The translations under genes were made by a program, and so were the position numbers. Below, piece by piece: positions 1 through 14,830 of a stretch of DNA of 64,000 nt. Source of the DNA: Rhizophagus irregularis (Eukaryota); contig NC_089430.1 in the NCBI RefSeq assembly GCF_026210795.1, positions 2,976,001 through 3,040,000 of the forward strand, read 5' to 3'. Every line of letters starts with the position of its first letter. Within the stretch, counting starts at the first letter, position 1. The notes beneath the pieces are model-generated. The model was not told the DNA's origin. It was given only the letters and a program-made list of their open reading frames with translations, and ran no database searches.

Positions 1-396
1 ATATTCAAACTGATAAAACTACAATAGAAGAAAGTGTAAAGGTATGGTTCTTTTATATATTTAATATATGCAAAATTAATTAATTAAATAATATTTTTTA
101 TTTTTTTATTTTTTTTTAATTTTTTATTAACAGATTTTAGTGAATTATCTAAAGGAAAAAAAATATATTTCTACATTATAAATAATTATGTAAAATGCTA
201 AATCTCAATAAATCAAGTTTTTTTAATGATTTAAAAAGCGTATAACAAATGTTTATATAAAAAAAAGTTCAAAATTTTCAATTGTTAATTTAAAAAATAA
301 ATATGATATTTAACGTCTCCATCAAGGAGACGATAATCTTTTTTTACGTCTATATATGAATCTGTCAAATTATTGTAACGAATATTATTTTACATC

Positions 397-3178
397 TTAA
401 CTCCAGACATCTTCTTGATATCTTCCTTTGCTTCTTAAATCTTTAACATAATTTGTTGCACTAGTTTCATCCATTCCGCCACATGATTGAGCAAGTTGAC
501 CAAGGGCCGTATTAACGTCACGTGCCATATTTTTGGCATCACTGTAGTTAAAAATTAATTTGTATTTAGTAATCAAACTTTTTGATCGCACGAAAAAAAA
601 ATTATTATGATATATGATACCATACCCGCATACATAGAAATAACCACCAAGATTATGAATCAAATGCCAAATATGTGAACCATTCTCATGAAATTTATGT
701 TGTACATATACTTTTTGTGACTAATAACAAAAACAAATATAATTTAGTAATCAAGAAGAAAAATTTTTTTAAATATAAATAAAATTCCTTTATTAAAAAA
801 TAGCATACCTGTTCTCTTGAGAATGCTGTTATTAATTTTCCACTTTCACCGAGAGTGGCAAATAATTCGGTAAATTCATTTTGATATAAAAAGTCCTCAT
901 CCCGTTTTCGACAACCGAAAAACAATACTGTTTCGCCGACTTCCTCTCCTTGAGCCTTAACAAGTGCTCTCTCGATAACGAATCCTCGAAAAGGTGCTAC
1001 ACCAGTGCCAGGGCCAACCATTACAACAGGAAGTTTTGAATTTTTGGGTAATTTGAAATTAGTATGCCTAACATGTAAAGGCATCTTAATCAAGTTGGTT
1101 CCCTCATCATAATATTTATTTCTTGGTCCAGAATATAAATAGGATGGTGATGTTTCTGGATGTTGAATATTTCTTAATTTACGATGAACTTGCAGTATAT
1201 AATTTGTTGCAAGACCGTATACTTTCCTTTGAGGGGTTGTTTTGGGATTATAGGATAATATGGAGGCAGTAACATGAATTGTCTTTGGTGTAGATTTTGA
1301 AGAGCTTGAAATTGAATAATATCTGGGCTGTACTCTTGGGAGGATTTCAACAACAAATTCTAGAGGGATAGAATCTAAAGGTTTTCCATTTGGAGAAATA
1401 GACTCCAAAAGTTCACCTAAGGAAAGGTGAGCATCAGAGACTTCAATTCTATAAGATTCTTTGTCTGAACCCAAATTAGTGAGCCTAGCTTTGCCTTCTT
1501 CCGTTGACACAAAGGTAGCTAGGGTGGCAATAGATTGGCGAGAAATTGGAGCATGAATATCAAGATAATATCTGAAAATAGTAGCATAAGTTGCTGGAAC
1601 TGGGAATGTATATTTCTTAGTTGTCGATGCTAAAAAGATTTTTTTTTAAAAAAAAAAATCATTATTTAATAAATATTGTAAATACATTAATAATTGCTTT
1701 TGAAAAATAACAAATTATAGTTATGTTCATACTTACGATCAATACTTTCAACCGAGACGATAGTGTCTCTCTTTTCCCAAATACCCAATATTTTAAGTAA
1801 TCTCTCAACATCTTGTTCGGCATTCATGGGCCAAACAGCAACGTGATCACCAGTCTCATATTCAAGACCAGATCCGCTAATGTCAAATTCCATATGAACG
1901 CAGTTACGATCTGTCATATTAGTATTGAAGAGCTCATGAGTAGCAACAATTGGAGAGAAATAAGGATTTCTTGCATCATAAGTTGGACGACTAAATAAGG
2001 AAAACATTGAATTAGTAAGCAAAATAAATATATATTTACTTAATCAGTTTCATAAATACTTACATTCCATTAACCATCAAAGCTTGTCCACTATATTCAC
2101 CGTGAAAAATTTTATTGCTGTCACAAGATTCCAATTCGGTAATTTTATAAGCAGCAACATGGTCTCTATAAATGTAATAGTAAAATAAATATGTTATAAC
2201 AACAGTGAAATTAAATCAAAATTTTTTAAAATGGATTTCTGATTACGTACCCATCTTTAGCTTCACTTTGATCTACTTGCATAGCATCACAAACAGCTTT
2301 CCACATATCATCTTTCCAGCCGAGGAAATCTTCTTCTAAACTGCCATCATCATCACCTTCACCACGTTCACCAATTCTAGTAGCACCAAATTCAGTTAAT
2401 TTATTATCAATCATTCTGCCGACCGCGTTAAAGTGTTCATATGTTTTATTTCCCAAAGCAAACACGACATAACGAAGAGAAGATAAAGGTTTTTCTTCTA
2501 CTGGTATTCCTGCCGAAAATTCAGGTGATTCAGAAGTGATCAATTCCCAAAAATCAACAGCATCATCGGTAGGTTCACCTTCACCTATTTTATTAGTAAA
2601 TTATTTCAATTAGTGATTTTTGATCGATAAATAAATCGTATAAAAATCCAATAAATTTGATGTATTACCATATGTAGCCATCAAGAAAAAGGCAACGCAG
2701 TCTAATGGAAATTTATCGAGAAGAGCCATGTTACAATCTTCAACGTCAACAGTCATAGTTTTGAGACCAAATTTTTGTTGACCTTCCTTTGCAAGACGAG
2801 AAGCATAATCTTCTGCAGTCCCAGTTTGAGATCCATAGAATAGAATGACGTTCTTATCCTAAATTTCAATAAGTATGAATTTAATATATATGTTACCGGT
2901 CAAAATCATTGCAAAAAATTAAATGAACTTACAGTTTCTTTCATCCTCTTGATGAAATCTTTATCTTTCTTTGGTGGACCAGTTATAGGTTTAGGTATAG
3001 TAGTCGATACTGGCTGCTGAGGAGTGGCAATTTTGCTATTATTTCCGAATATCGTATCTTTATAAAGATATAAAATAGCCATAACTCCAGCAGTAAGTAG
3101 AAAAACGAGATCAAAAGTATCAATCATTGGCTCATCAGCCTGTACGGTTAATGTCTCGGTTAATATGTTATCACTCAT
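397..3178 (-). CDS. CPR1: NADPH-cytochrome P450 reductase, multi-exon
   Basis: N-terminal membrane anchor (LVFLLTAGVMAILYLY); FMN-domain motifs FYGSQTGTAE, ATYGEGEP and FALGNKTYEHFN; FAD/NADPH motifs PRYYSISSS, MVGPGTGVAPFRGF, LFFGCR, FYVCG; C-terminal RYQEDVWS. GT-AG introns readable, e.g. 2932-2859 and 2668-2585. Confidence 0.96.
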
Positions 3179-6100
3179 GTTGAGTTATTTAGATCTTACA
3201 AAAATTAGTAAAATTTATATATGTATAAATAGATTTTAATAATATTTTGTTCGGTATATAATTCTATGTTGACAAGTGTCAAGAGAAAAAATTAAGATTA
3301 TAATATAAAAATTTTAAATTCAGTGTACTTTATTAGAAAAAAAATTTAAATTTGCATCCTTTTTATATATTTACAAACGGTCGATCTCCCGGGTCGAATT
3401 TCTCCGAACTTCCGAATTCCGAATGGATCATTCAAAAATGACGACATCTAATTTTAGTAACAACTTTCATTTAAAATGATTTAAACTATCATTATATTAC
3501 CCCTAATGATAAATAAACAGTATAAACGCAAATCCACTCCAAGAAATTAGTTCTTTTGTCTTTTTCTTTTTGTTACACAAGTAATTATAGATTTAAAGAG
3601 TTCGAAACAACTTTAAAACTAAGGATTCCATAAATGGTTTTGGAGGCCACTATGAAAATCCAAAATTTGTTAAGAGATTTCTTTAAATGGAAAATATTTT
3701 GTGGCAAATACTCCGATTAACCAAATTTTGAACAATCCTCGGAATTTGTATTGGTTCTTGCAGACAAAACTTCCCATAGAAGGAAAAAAAGCCATTGTCG
3801 TTATCATACTTATTTATAGCAAAACAAACCAAAAAATTTCCTACAGTAACACCAGTTGCCATGCGAATACAGCATTAATTCGAATTCATATGAAAGATAA
3901 ACAACTATTATTCCAGTTAAAGAAATGTTAGTACGACAAGTACGACAGAATTTTGACGACATTTTCTAAAGAAATAAATTTGTGTATTTGTTAAATTGTT
4001 AATTATCATAACATTAATTATAGATCATTCTTTGACAGCTTGGCTTAGTTTAATGGCTTATTAAGATACTTAAGAATCTTAAATTTGTAATAAAAAATAA
4101 TTTATTAATAATTTTTAGAAAATAGAATTATCCAATTTTCTACATGGAATTCGGCAAATCAATATCTATATATGTCGTAATAGTGGTTAATAAATTATTA
4201 ATTATTATTGATTATGATCATGCATATCATGCATAATGAAGTGATGAACCATAAAAGCCATGTCATGTTGTCGATCTGCCTATCATAATGGTCAAAAATC
4301 AATCCGTATACTAACCTCATGGATACTAGTTTTTGCATGTCATGTGATCGGAAATCTCTAAAAGCCACTGGCGCCACTAGAGTAAAAATACGGAAATGCG
4401 GGATAATCCGGTCCGAATAACGGATCGAAATCGAATATTTCCGTTATATTTCGTGGAATTTGTGCCGCAAAATATAAAATATAACAATTTCCATAATCTC
4501 GTCAAAGTTCGTTATGATTTCATATTTTCCTTTTTTTATCCCTTTAATTCCGGGAGTTTGAACAACAATTTGGAGTGAAATTAGAAAGAATTTTCCGATT
4601 AGGCCAGGAGTTAATGAATAAATCACCTCCTCTTAGGTTGTGACTCCTTATGTTGACAAAATTAATTTTACCTAATTTGTTATTATTGATCTACAAATTT
4701 GGAGATTAAGATCATCAACTTACCCGAGTTTTCTTCGTAAAAAATTACATATTCTTTGTCTTTTTTTTTGGTTCTTTATTGTGTTCTTAAATTTGGTAAG
4801 TCTACACATATTAAAACCGGTTCTCGGACATTTACGGTCATGACTGTAGTTTTTTCACATCGTATGATCATTATATACTCCTGTGACTTTCCTTCATAAC
4901 GTCATACTTAAAGAAATTTCATATAACTTCAAATTCTCTTTTACTCACTTAAAATGGAAACGACGCAATATTAATAAGGATTCCTTTAAAAATTATACTC
5001 GCTCAACTAATAGACTTGAAACAAATAGTAATACCCGACAAAATTTTCATATAACAACCGAGGTTGATCTCATTTGAATCCACAATCCCGATTCCCGATA
5101 CTCCTCATTTATGTTCTAATGACACCTCCTGGATAAGGTGGACATCAATAAATTCAACAAGGCGCGAGCGCATATTATACATAAAATCATGTGCGCAAAT
5201 CTTAAAATCATGTGCGAATGTACCGCTTATTCAAATTTAAAAAAGGATATACGCAAAAACATTTTTTATCTGCTTTTTACAAAATTATAATAAGAGCGCA
5301 AAAAAATTTCATTTATTACTATAATATAAAATTTACATGTCCTGCCCGCTAAAAATGTTTATTTACAATTCATTAATAAAAATTACTTTTCACTCTTGAG
5401 AATTTATTGTATTTTGCATCCGCCTTGCTTTTAAATTAATCCAATTATCGTACAGTACAAAACGCCAAAACTTCTATAATATAAAATCTAAAATCTTTGA
5501 ATAAAATCTAGTAAAAAGAATTGTACCCTACTTGTAAAAAGGAATCAATTTACAAAATAAAAAAAAGTCTCAATTTATTTGCTTATATAAGCATAATAAG
5601 CCAATCATAATTCAGAATCGAATGATCACGTGATTTTATTTACGTTTTGTCTTTTTTATAATAAAAAAACAATGCACAACTATTAATTATCAATTAATGC
5701 AATTAATGATAAAATACAAAATTTTATATACTGTAGTCTCAAATTTGTAATTTCATAATAAAATTATCACTACTTTAATATAACTTATTCATGCCTGTAA
5801 TTTTTCTGATGGTTTATTTTTACACGGTTTTGGTAAACAAGACCGACAACAACTTAATCCTGACAAGTCAAAATCCTGACAAATCATTATACCGACAAGT
5901 TGATTATTCTGACAATTTTAGACCACGTTTAAACTAAATATTACATATTGCAACAAATTATTTTATTAGAACACTCACAAAATTGTCGATATAATGACTT
6001 ATCAGGATTTTGGATTGTCGAGATTTTGTTATCTCTTATTGACATGTTAATACCAATAAACCGGAGTTCCAATTTCAATATATATATATACCAATGGTCA

Positions 6101-8002
6101 TTTTTTACTAAATACGGTAGTTTTTTTTAGAGTATAACCTTTCACAATTGAGTCTACAGAGGATGCAGAGTATAATTTACTGGCTAATACTATATAATTA
6201 TGCTAATTTTATGCAATACTACAAAACTCTATAGTATAGTAACATAATATAGTATTTTAATTATTTTATGATTTGCGCAGAGTTTACTTCATCATAATTG
6301 AATTTAAGTCATCCGAAATTTGACCACTAACATTACAGTATTAATGTGCTGATATGTGTTACATGAAAAAATTTAAAAAAATTTTCAAGTATTTCAAGAA
6401 CAGTATTTTCGGATATATTCTTAGATATTTTAATATTTGTTATACTGTATAGTACGATGTAATATTTATCTGAGTATTCGAAAATTTGATATGTATACTC
6501 AGCAAAAAATACAGGTTTTTGCAGTTCATAATTTTGCGGAATCAAACCAAAATCACGCTATACTGAACTCAGCTAGGCAAGTAGACTCAATTGTAAAAGG
6601 AATTACCGTTTTTTTTAGTATAAAAATGTAATTTATCGCTATTATTAGAGATGCAAACTATGCTCAGCTCTGGCAGTCTGGTACGATCTTATGTTAGTCG
6701 TGCAAGTGACTGTCAACTGTCGAGATTTTTGATCAGATACCCTTTTATACTCTTTCTCATCACTGGACATGAGATAAAAGAGTTATTCACGTGTCGCATA
6801 AATATCATGATTTTCCGTGAAAATCGTTGATATTCATGACTCCCTGTGAATTAATTATTACTTATAAAAAATTAGCCGACAGTTAGAAAGTTCTCAATTT
6901 TTTATTATGAAATTTTGTCACACCTATTTTATTGTTGAGTGTAGAGGTTTTGCACTGTATGCTTTTTCAAAGTCAAAATCTTCTATATCAGGACCATTGA
7001 TTAAAATCATTAAATGTTTATGTGCAAAGCTTTGTTTTAATTAAATTTTGGTGCGAAAAAATGATCTTAGAAAATTTTTGTAAAAATATGCACGTATAGA
7101 GTAAATTTCACATTCTAATGTTTTTATTATCCGCGAAGGACTACTAGATAAATTTGTAGTACCGGTTTAACCCATGTATTTTTCCTTTCATCTACGTCAC
7201 TATAATTTAGCCCCTACTTATTTCCTTTTATGTTTTGTATCACATTTTTTGTAACGCTTTATTTTTAGACATTTTGTAATACTTTAAGCGTATTAAGCGA
7301 CGGACCCTCAACGGTCCTAAACTCCTAATATAATGGACTTTGGTTAACACATTTAGATTTTCTTATTGTTATTCTTTTCCTTCTTTTCCATTTCTAAACT
7401 ACTTAATAAACTGTGGATGCAATTGAATAGTTTTTTAGTAGATATAGTTACCCGGTGCAAACTTAACTCATTTTTAAATTACGTCCATACGTCTTTATAT
7501 GACAACTAGTATCGTTCTTATACGATCACGTGCTATTTTCTTATACGATCAAATTATGCAACAATATGCACTCCTTTTTATGTATCTTCTTTTACAAGAG
7601 TATAGAGTATAAACACAAAAAGAATTTTTTTGCAAAGACATTATTAATAAATAGACTTATAATACTTTAAATATTTATGAATATATATATATATACACAA
7701 TATATATATAAAATTAATTTTTTATTTTTAATATTTATATCAAAACATTATTATATATTGTAAAACTTGATAAAATATTGTAAAAAATAAATAAATATTA
7801 ACAAATAAGAGAACAAAATTTGATTTTAACAAGTTGTTTATTTATATCAATTATCGCGCGGGACAAGAAGGTAATTTTTACATATATGATCGTACAAGAA
7901 AATAACATCTGATGGTCCACATATTGTTGCATAATTTGATCGTATAAGAAAATAGCGTATAAGAACGATACGACATATGACTTATCTAATTGCGTCACAG
8001 TT

Positions 8003-8116
8003 GCAAATGTATCGTTCTTATACGATCAGCTGCTATGTTCTTATACGACGTATATGTCACATAATATAGGTCGTATAAGATAGTATGTCGTACACGTATA
8101 AGAACAATACATTTGC
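8003..8116. mobile_element. Tiny MITE with 9-bp TSD (Mutator-like)
   Basis: TIR GCAAATGTAT(C/T)GTTCTTATACG at both ends, flanked by direct repeat GTCACAGTT (7994-8002, 8117-8125). A related inverted repeat pair lies at ~7509-7568 and ~7920-7971. Confidence 0.7.
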
Positions 8117-9935
8117 GTCACAGTTACGTTTAATAATGTCATCGAACCATTATTGAATAAATTAAATGCCAAAGTCGATTTTAAAAAAGCAGTTTACCAT
8201 CCATAATATAACCTTAGACCGTTTTAAAAATTGTTATGAGTGGTTGAAGTATTATGTCAGAGTAGTATTACATACTGAGGGAATTAGTAGCAGAGTTATA
8301 ATTAGTTAATCATATGCCATGATGATTATCATAGGGAGAAATAAAAAGGAGGTTCCGGACACTTGAAGATTAGCGCTCCTAAATGAATATCCTACTAGTA
8401 TGACGAAACCTACTCTTAATTTTTCACAAGATCAGTCCATATGCCCACTTTAAGGTTTCCCGAATCATGCATTTATTTGCCAGCCCAATAAGGAGTGCAT
8501 CGATTAGTTGATGATCTTTATATATTATACATAATACGTATTTGTTTTGATTTTCAAATTCCTGGTAATATCATAAACTAAAAAAAGAAAAAAGTTGTTT
8601 ACCTTTAATCCTTGCATACAAGTTATCTTTTTGATCTTACTACTAGGAATCAATGTGAACAAAGATTCTTTTCTGAATTATTATAGAAAACCTTTAATTT
8701 TTTCAATATATCACTTGCATGAGATCAACAGTTTATTTTTAGATAAAAGTATATCTTCACATTATCTTACTCTTCATTTTTTCATTTTTCATGATTTTCA
8801 CTCACTTCTGTTGTGATAATTATATTATCCCAAAAGAAGAATGGAATTAATGCATAATTTAATTAACACATATTGTTTAAAAAGCCTTGGCAGGTATAAG
8901 ATCAGCTATGAGTACACAAAGGGTAAAATAAAAAAGGTCGTTACTATTTTAATTTTTACTATTTTTGATTTTTTTTGATATTTTTAACTGATATGTATGT
9001 AAAATTAATTGATTAACGAAAAATTTTCCGATTTATTTTAATTTGTTTTCTTCCAATTACAGTCAGGTTCTGATCATACCATTTTTTTTTTATTTTTTTA
9101 GTAAATTTCTTGGTAAATCAAATTTAACATGACAAGGTTTTAATATTAATCTCAATTTTTACTTCAAATTACAAAGACAATATTTTTTTTACAAACAAAA
9201 AAAAAAGTTTCTTCTTGTTTAATTAAATTTAATAAGAATATAGGAACAAAAAAAATCCAGTAAATAATTAATGGTTGGTTACTTTGTTCTTTGTTTCGTT
9301 TGGGCACTAATCAAATTATATATAATATAAATAAATTCCATAATTCATAACTTGTGGCTTAGACACAACCCGAAAGTAAACCGTAGTTCGCCCGATGAAT
9401 AAATTATAAATTATTCTAATTGGAGTATAGCTTTCCTCGGTGAAATCCAAATACAGATTTGGAATAATTAGCTGAATTAGAATTGTTAAAAAAGTCATAC
9501 GAAATTAATTAAAATGTAAATAAAAAAAAAAAGATTTCTTGGCATTCCCTACATTTATGGTAATGTAGTTTAATGATCTTCCCCAAACAAAGTTGATCTA
9601 CGTCACACTTAAGATATTCTCCTTTTAAATTTATTAGTATAAAATATCCATATTTGGCTAAATTTATTAATTATTAATAATTTTTGATCATGGTGCCAAT
9701 TTATTTTTAGAAAGTCTTTTTTTTTTGAATGTAATTTACTCGTAATATAGATATCCTGTTTTCCTATATAAGTTAATAATACTTGGCATGCAGTTTGATT
9801 TACAAACAAATTTTTTTATATAAGAAGCTTCAAATTAAACAAACTAAACCCAACTTCCTCCAAAATTCTAAAAAGTCTAATAAAGGACTTTTAAAATAAT
9901 TCATAATTCATATTCACTTTTCTTTCTGTTGCAAA

Positions 9936-10466
9936 ATGGTGAAGGTATCTTCTCTTTTTTTCATTTTCGCGGCTATTGCATCCACAAATGCCGCCATTTT
10001 ACGTCGCCAATCGCCTAAAAATGGTCTCAGCGTAACAATAGAGAGTATAGATCTCTACTGTTCGTTTCTTCCAAAAGAAGCCGGTGGAAATATTGGTGCA
10101 AGCGAAAGTGATGCTATCACATTCTGCACTCAAGAAAACCCTCCCAATGCACCGGGCGCCAAGCTTTTCCCTGCAGGATTCCTTAAGACAGCGCATTTTC
10201 TTAAAACAGAGAAGTACGTCCAAGTCACTGGCACCATTGACGGTTCTGCGTACGGATTGAGCTCAAGTGATGGAGGTGGCCAATATGATAATCAAGGCGA
10301 TGGTTCCCCTCCTGGTGCATTATGCACAGGTTATGAGAAATTTGTGAATCTTGTCGAGCCTGATATTGGCTTATTCTGTATTCGTTGTTGTACTGATCCT
10401 TCCGATTGCAATACTGGAGAAAGTACTGAGGGATGTCAGAAAATCATCCCTGGTAATTACACTTGA
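9936..10466 (+). CDS. Small secreted cysteine-rich protein (176 aa, single exon)
   Basis: Signal peptide MVKVSSLFFIFAAIASTNA, dibasic RR (Kex2-like site), 8 Cys, motifs YVQVTG, DGGGQYD and FVNLVEPD..FCIRCC; GC-rich relative to flanks; TATA-like run ~9812-9822. Confidence 0.9.
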   Translation: MVKVSSLFFIFAAIASTNAAILRRQSPKNGLSVTIESIDLYCSFLPKEAGGNIGASESDAITFCTQENPPNAPGAKLFPAGFLKTAHFLKTEKYVQVTGTIDGSAYGLSSSDGGGQYDNQGDGSPPGALCTGYEKFVNLVEPDIGLFCIRCCTDPSDCNTGESTEGCQKIIPGNYT

Positions 10467-10861
10467 ACATTTTTTCTCTAATTTAATAGATATGATTTGT
10501 ATAATTTACAATTTATTTATGACTCTTAAGAACTTTAAATTACATTGGTGCTTTTTATTTGTTTTTAAAGAATAGATTAATTTATTTCAAATTATAATTT
10601 AATAATTAAATTTGTATTATCTTTCATTATTGGAAATAAACTGGTTTTTTAGTCAATTTATATACCAACATAACTGCTTATTGGTAATATCTTCAACTGT
10701 TTAAATTCTGCCATTTTCCAGTCTTTTTTTTTTATACATGTATGTAGAATTTTTTTAAGCATAACATTGCCTGCAGCATACGTGTAGGTACAGATTTTTT
10801 GCACCTATTTTTTTGTGTGCCAGGTTGATGCGCAGCAATGACAAAATATGCACTCATACCA

Positions 10862-11601
10862 CCCTAGCGTCTCAAAAAAAATGATGGCCGGATATGATAT
10901 TTGGTAATCACATATGACATATCATCCATTTATGCACGTGATGCACGATGCGTAACATAATTTTTTCGGTTTGATCAAATTTTAAATCGGTTTTTTTTTT
11001 CTCTTCATTTTAATGAATTGATTATGTCAAGCCAACAAAAACAAAAGTCTGTAAAGGGTGTCATGTTTGAAGAGTTTTTGAATATAAAAGGTGTTGCTTT
11101 AAAAAAGTGTTTACGTTGCCGAAATAATATAAAGACTATTTGCAGGAAATACTAAATAAGATATACATGAATATTATATTATAAAAAATGTGATTTTTAA
11201 TTTTTTTTATTGATGAAAATATCAATTAAGAATTGTTAGAAGAATCACATAATAAGCCAAAATGGTATTTTATGGTTAAAAAATGTTCAACTCGTTGGAA
11301 AAAATGAATAATGATATTATAGCACTTGAAAATCGTAGAACTATGCTTATGAGAACTTGGAAAGATTTAATAAGAATACAAGGTATTGGGAATAAGTAGT
11401 ATTAAACTTTCAGAAACATGTTTAAATACTTATGTTGTGCTTTAATACAATTGAGATATGTATAAATTTTTATTTTATTACTAAAAGAGTAGTAGAATTG
11501 AGATATGTATAAATATTAAACATTGAAAATTATTACAATGGTCGTCCAAAATCACGTGTAACTCAGCCGGCTACCATTTTTTGGAGGCGACGCGCTAAGG
11601 G
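10862..11601. mobile_element. Degenerate TIR element remnant
   Basis: Imperfect inverted ends CCCTAGCGTCTCAAAAAAAATGATGGCCGG and CCGGCTACCATTTTTTGGAGGCGACGCGCTAAGGG; no clean TSD. Confidence 0.4.
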
Positions 11602-12819
11602 TAGATTTTATTTATTTTCACTATCACGTGACATAAGGATGCTTGCCAAAAATATTTTTTTAAAATTTATAGTTTAGTCAAAGTTTAATTGCCTAAACTG
11701 TTTTTATGCTTTTCCGAAACTAATTATAATTTAGGAAAGTTTCGGATTTACCAATTTTTTGAGTTTCGGATTTTTGAATTTTATCGTTAAATGAGTTTCG
11801 GGCAGCAACACTAACGTGACAGTGAAAAATATTCATCACAGGCGCTCCAGTTGTGATGATTAACCACCGGCCAACCTTACTGGTCCAGATGCATGACCTT
11901 GACCAGTCAAATTTGATTGGCTAATTTAATCAATAAAATCAATAAAATAAATTGTATACATAATAATATATATTAAAATATAAAAATATAAGAAATATAA
12001 TAACTGCAACTATTTAAATATAAGAAAATATGAATATAAATAATAAAATTAATTGTATAAAACTCATTCTTTAATTTTTTTTTTCTTAGTAAACTATAAA
12101 TATTGTTGAATCTGAACTACAACAATTTTTTGAAATGAAATTACACATTATTTTGCAATTTCAGATTATAAATCAGTGAATGCAACAAAATGAAAATATT
12201 ATGTAGTATTTTATAGCAGAAAATTTACAGTTTTTGAATGCATTATTAATTTCCTTTCTGATAAAAATTAAAAAATGAACTTATCTTTATAATGGCAGCA
12301 GATTCTTATTATTTACAAATTTTCACTGATTAACATCTATCAAGATCACAAATTAAAATACTATAATACATATTTGTATAATTACTGATAAGAAGTTTAC
12401 TATTTATAACTACTGTTATTTGTCACCAGTATCATATGATTAATATAATATTACCTGATTAGAATTATATGCATAGCAAATAATAAAAATATGTTAAATT
12501 TACAAGTTTTCAATTATATTTCTAATCTTACTCTAAGTCTAAGTAAACATTTTACCACATTTTAATTTTAAATAAACATACCTTATCTAATTTTACCTAA
12601 GCTTCTTAAATCTATGTAAATATTTTAGTCATGTTTTTAATCCTAAATAAATATTCCTAATTTTACTAAATATTCTCTTTATTTCTGACTATATTTGCTT
12701 TATATTTTGTATAATTTCAGATATTATGACTTTTAACAAAATAATATTTACAGGTAGTTTTTTGAATATTTCCAACAGACATATTCTTTGATTCTTCAAT
12801 AAATATAAGCAAGAAGGGT

Positions 12820-14052
12820 ATGAGTGATATGGCTAAGGACACATATTTCCCATCTTTAGGTGGAACTTTATTAGATGATACAGTAGAAAAAGATGAAATC
12901 TTCGATCCTATGACTCAAGTATATCGGGACTGTCTATTTGAAAATAATACCTTCTATACCAAGAATATGGGAATGCATACAAAAAATTATGTAATATTAC
13001 TAATCGAGTCAGAGAAGAAGGCATTATCCCAATCGATACAAAACGCTGGATTTGGTCAGATGGTATATCCTCCTTACTATTCGGACACTGGCATATTCAA
13101 GTATATAAAAAACTTCTTGAGCGTGGTACAAGTCATGAGGCAGCAGAAAAATAGCTATAGGGATCAGATTACCAGAAATATTAGAATAATATAGAATAGT
13201 TTAGTGATACTTAGGCATATATTAATAATAAATTATATTTTTTCTCAGTAATTAAAATGGAAGACGATCCAATTTATGATATACATAGTGAAGAATATAT
13301 CGATGACCTTATACATGTCACAATTCAAAGAGGTCTCTTTAAAGATGTAGAGGATGCAAAAAAAAGTATAAAGACATTAGCTAAAATGGTCATAAGTTCT
13401 AAGACTAGTATTGATGCATTTATGAAATGCCCTGTATTAAATATTCCAAATGCCTTTTATGACTTAGTAGAGGCATTTTATTATTCAATACTAAGAGAAA
13501 GACAATCATTAGCACATGATATCTAACAGATTTCTGGGAGGTGACGTGAACAAGATGTCATGGAATTCTTCAGAGTTCTTTGAAATTCCAAATTTTTTTT
13601 TTGTGATAAGAACTAATGTCTTTCAACCAGGCATACACTGAGCTATTAGTTATGTTACCAGCTTCTGTAATACATAAGGTATGGATTCGTCTCACAACAC
13701 GGAAATGCAGTCCACTATCTGTATCTGATGCCAGTGAAGTAAATTCCATGGTAAAGTTATTTTTGAAACATGAAGTAGAAAGATACCAGAAAAAATTAGC
13801 ACATCAGAGAATAACTGTTAAACAGACATATATGCCAAGAAACAGAATGACACAAGATATGATTAGTGAAGAGGTTGCCATACTTTAGAAGCGCTTGCTT
13901 GAATATAATAAGATTACTTTTGGCCGATTTATGCAGAATCTTACTAGGGAACATGAGAAATTGATCAAGACAAATCATCAGATATGACATGAAATTGATA
14001 CCATGAAGAAGCAAGTACAAGAAATAGAAAAAAAACTTGCTTCTATGTCGTA
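12820..14052 (+). pseudogene. Cluster of hypothetical ORF fragments, probably cargo of the Polinton-like element
   Basis: Three same-strand protein-like ORFs (12820-13194, 13257-13526, 13616-13888) with stops; no family recognised. Confidence 0.45.
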
Positions 14053-14629
14053 GTTCCCATTATTCATCAAAAAATAGACTGAAATCTGCAGAATTGTCCC
14101 AACTTTTCCTTAGTCAAGAACAGGTTCTGTGCAGTATAGCTTAGTAAATAACATATAAATTTAACAAAAAATCAATATCCCTACTGTAAAAATCCAGAAA
14201 AAATCCATGGAATTGTCCCAACTTTTCCTTAGTTAAGAACAGATTCTGTACAAGCTGGTTTATCAAATAACATATTAATCATAAAAGTTTAACAAAAAAA
14301 TATAAGAAGCAAGTCTAACAAAAATTTAGCAAATGCTCATCAGATATTGCACCCAAAATTCCGGCTAAGACTTAGGTATAGAATTAGCCAAAATAATTTT
14401 CCATTTATTCTGGCTGGCAATTATTACAATATTCCCTCTCATCCATTTTTATCAGAAGGAGGCATTCCTTGCAAAGAGTAATATTAAGAATTGCAAACGT
14501 ATCTTTATGGGCAAGCATCATTTCTTCATAAGTTTTTTCTTGTGTCTCTGATCAAAGTTTTTCTCGTATTTTTGATCAAAGTCTTTCTTGTATCTCTAAT
14601 CGAAGACTTTCTAATCGAAGCCTGGCATA

Positions 14630-14830
14630 AAACTAAATAACATAATAGCCTCTGATATGAACTGGGCATTGGCCACAAGTAGAAGCAGTTGGCTTACCAC
14701 AATCAGGGCATTGTACTCGTTTCTTAGCTTTCCAATGAAAATGACACCCTTAGGGCGAATGCAAGCATTTCCATAAGCCTTTCCAGTATTGCAAAGATAT
14801 GGCAGGAATATTCACCGATTATCCTATTTT
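14630..14830 (-). pseudogene. Cys/His-rich zinc-finger-like ORF fragment
   Basis: Manual translation gives GNACIRP / CHFHWKAKKRVQCPDCGKPTASTCGQCPVHIRGYYV, with frameshifts. Confidence 0.5.

Noticed and set aside
3701..9809. Short ORFs between the reductase and the secreted protein
   Set aside because: 60-76 aa, low complexity, many with non-ATG starts and no motifs; consistent with chance ORFs in AT-rich DNA.
11380..12800. Polinton terminal inverted repeat (AGTAGT-type)
   Set aside because: AGTAGT occurs near 11395 and 11488, but no inverted partner or 6-bp TSD was found, so the element ends are undefined.
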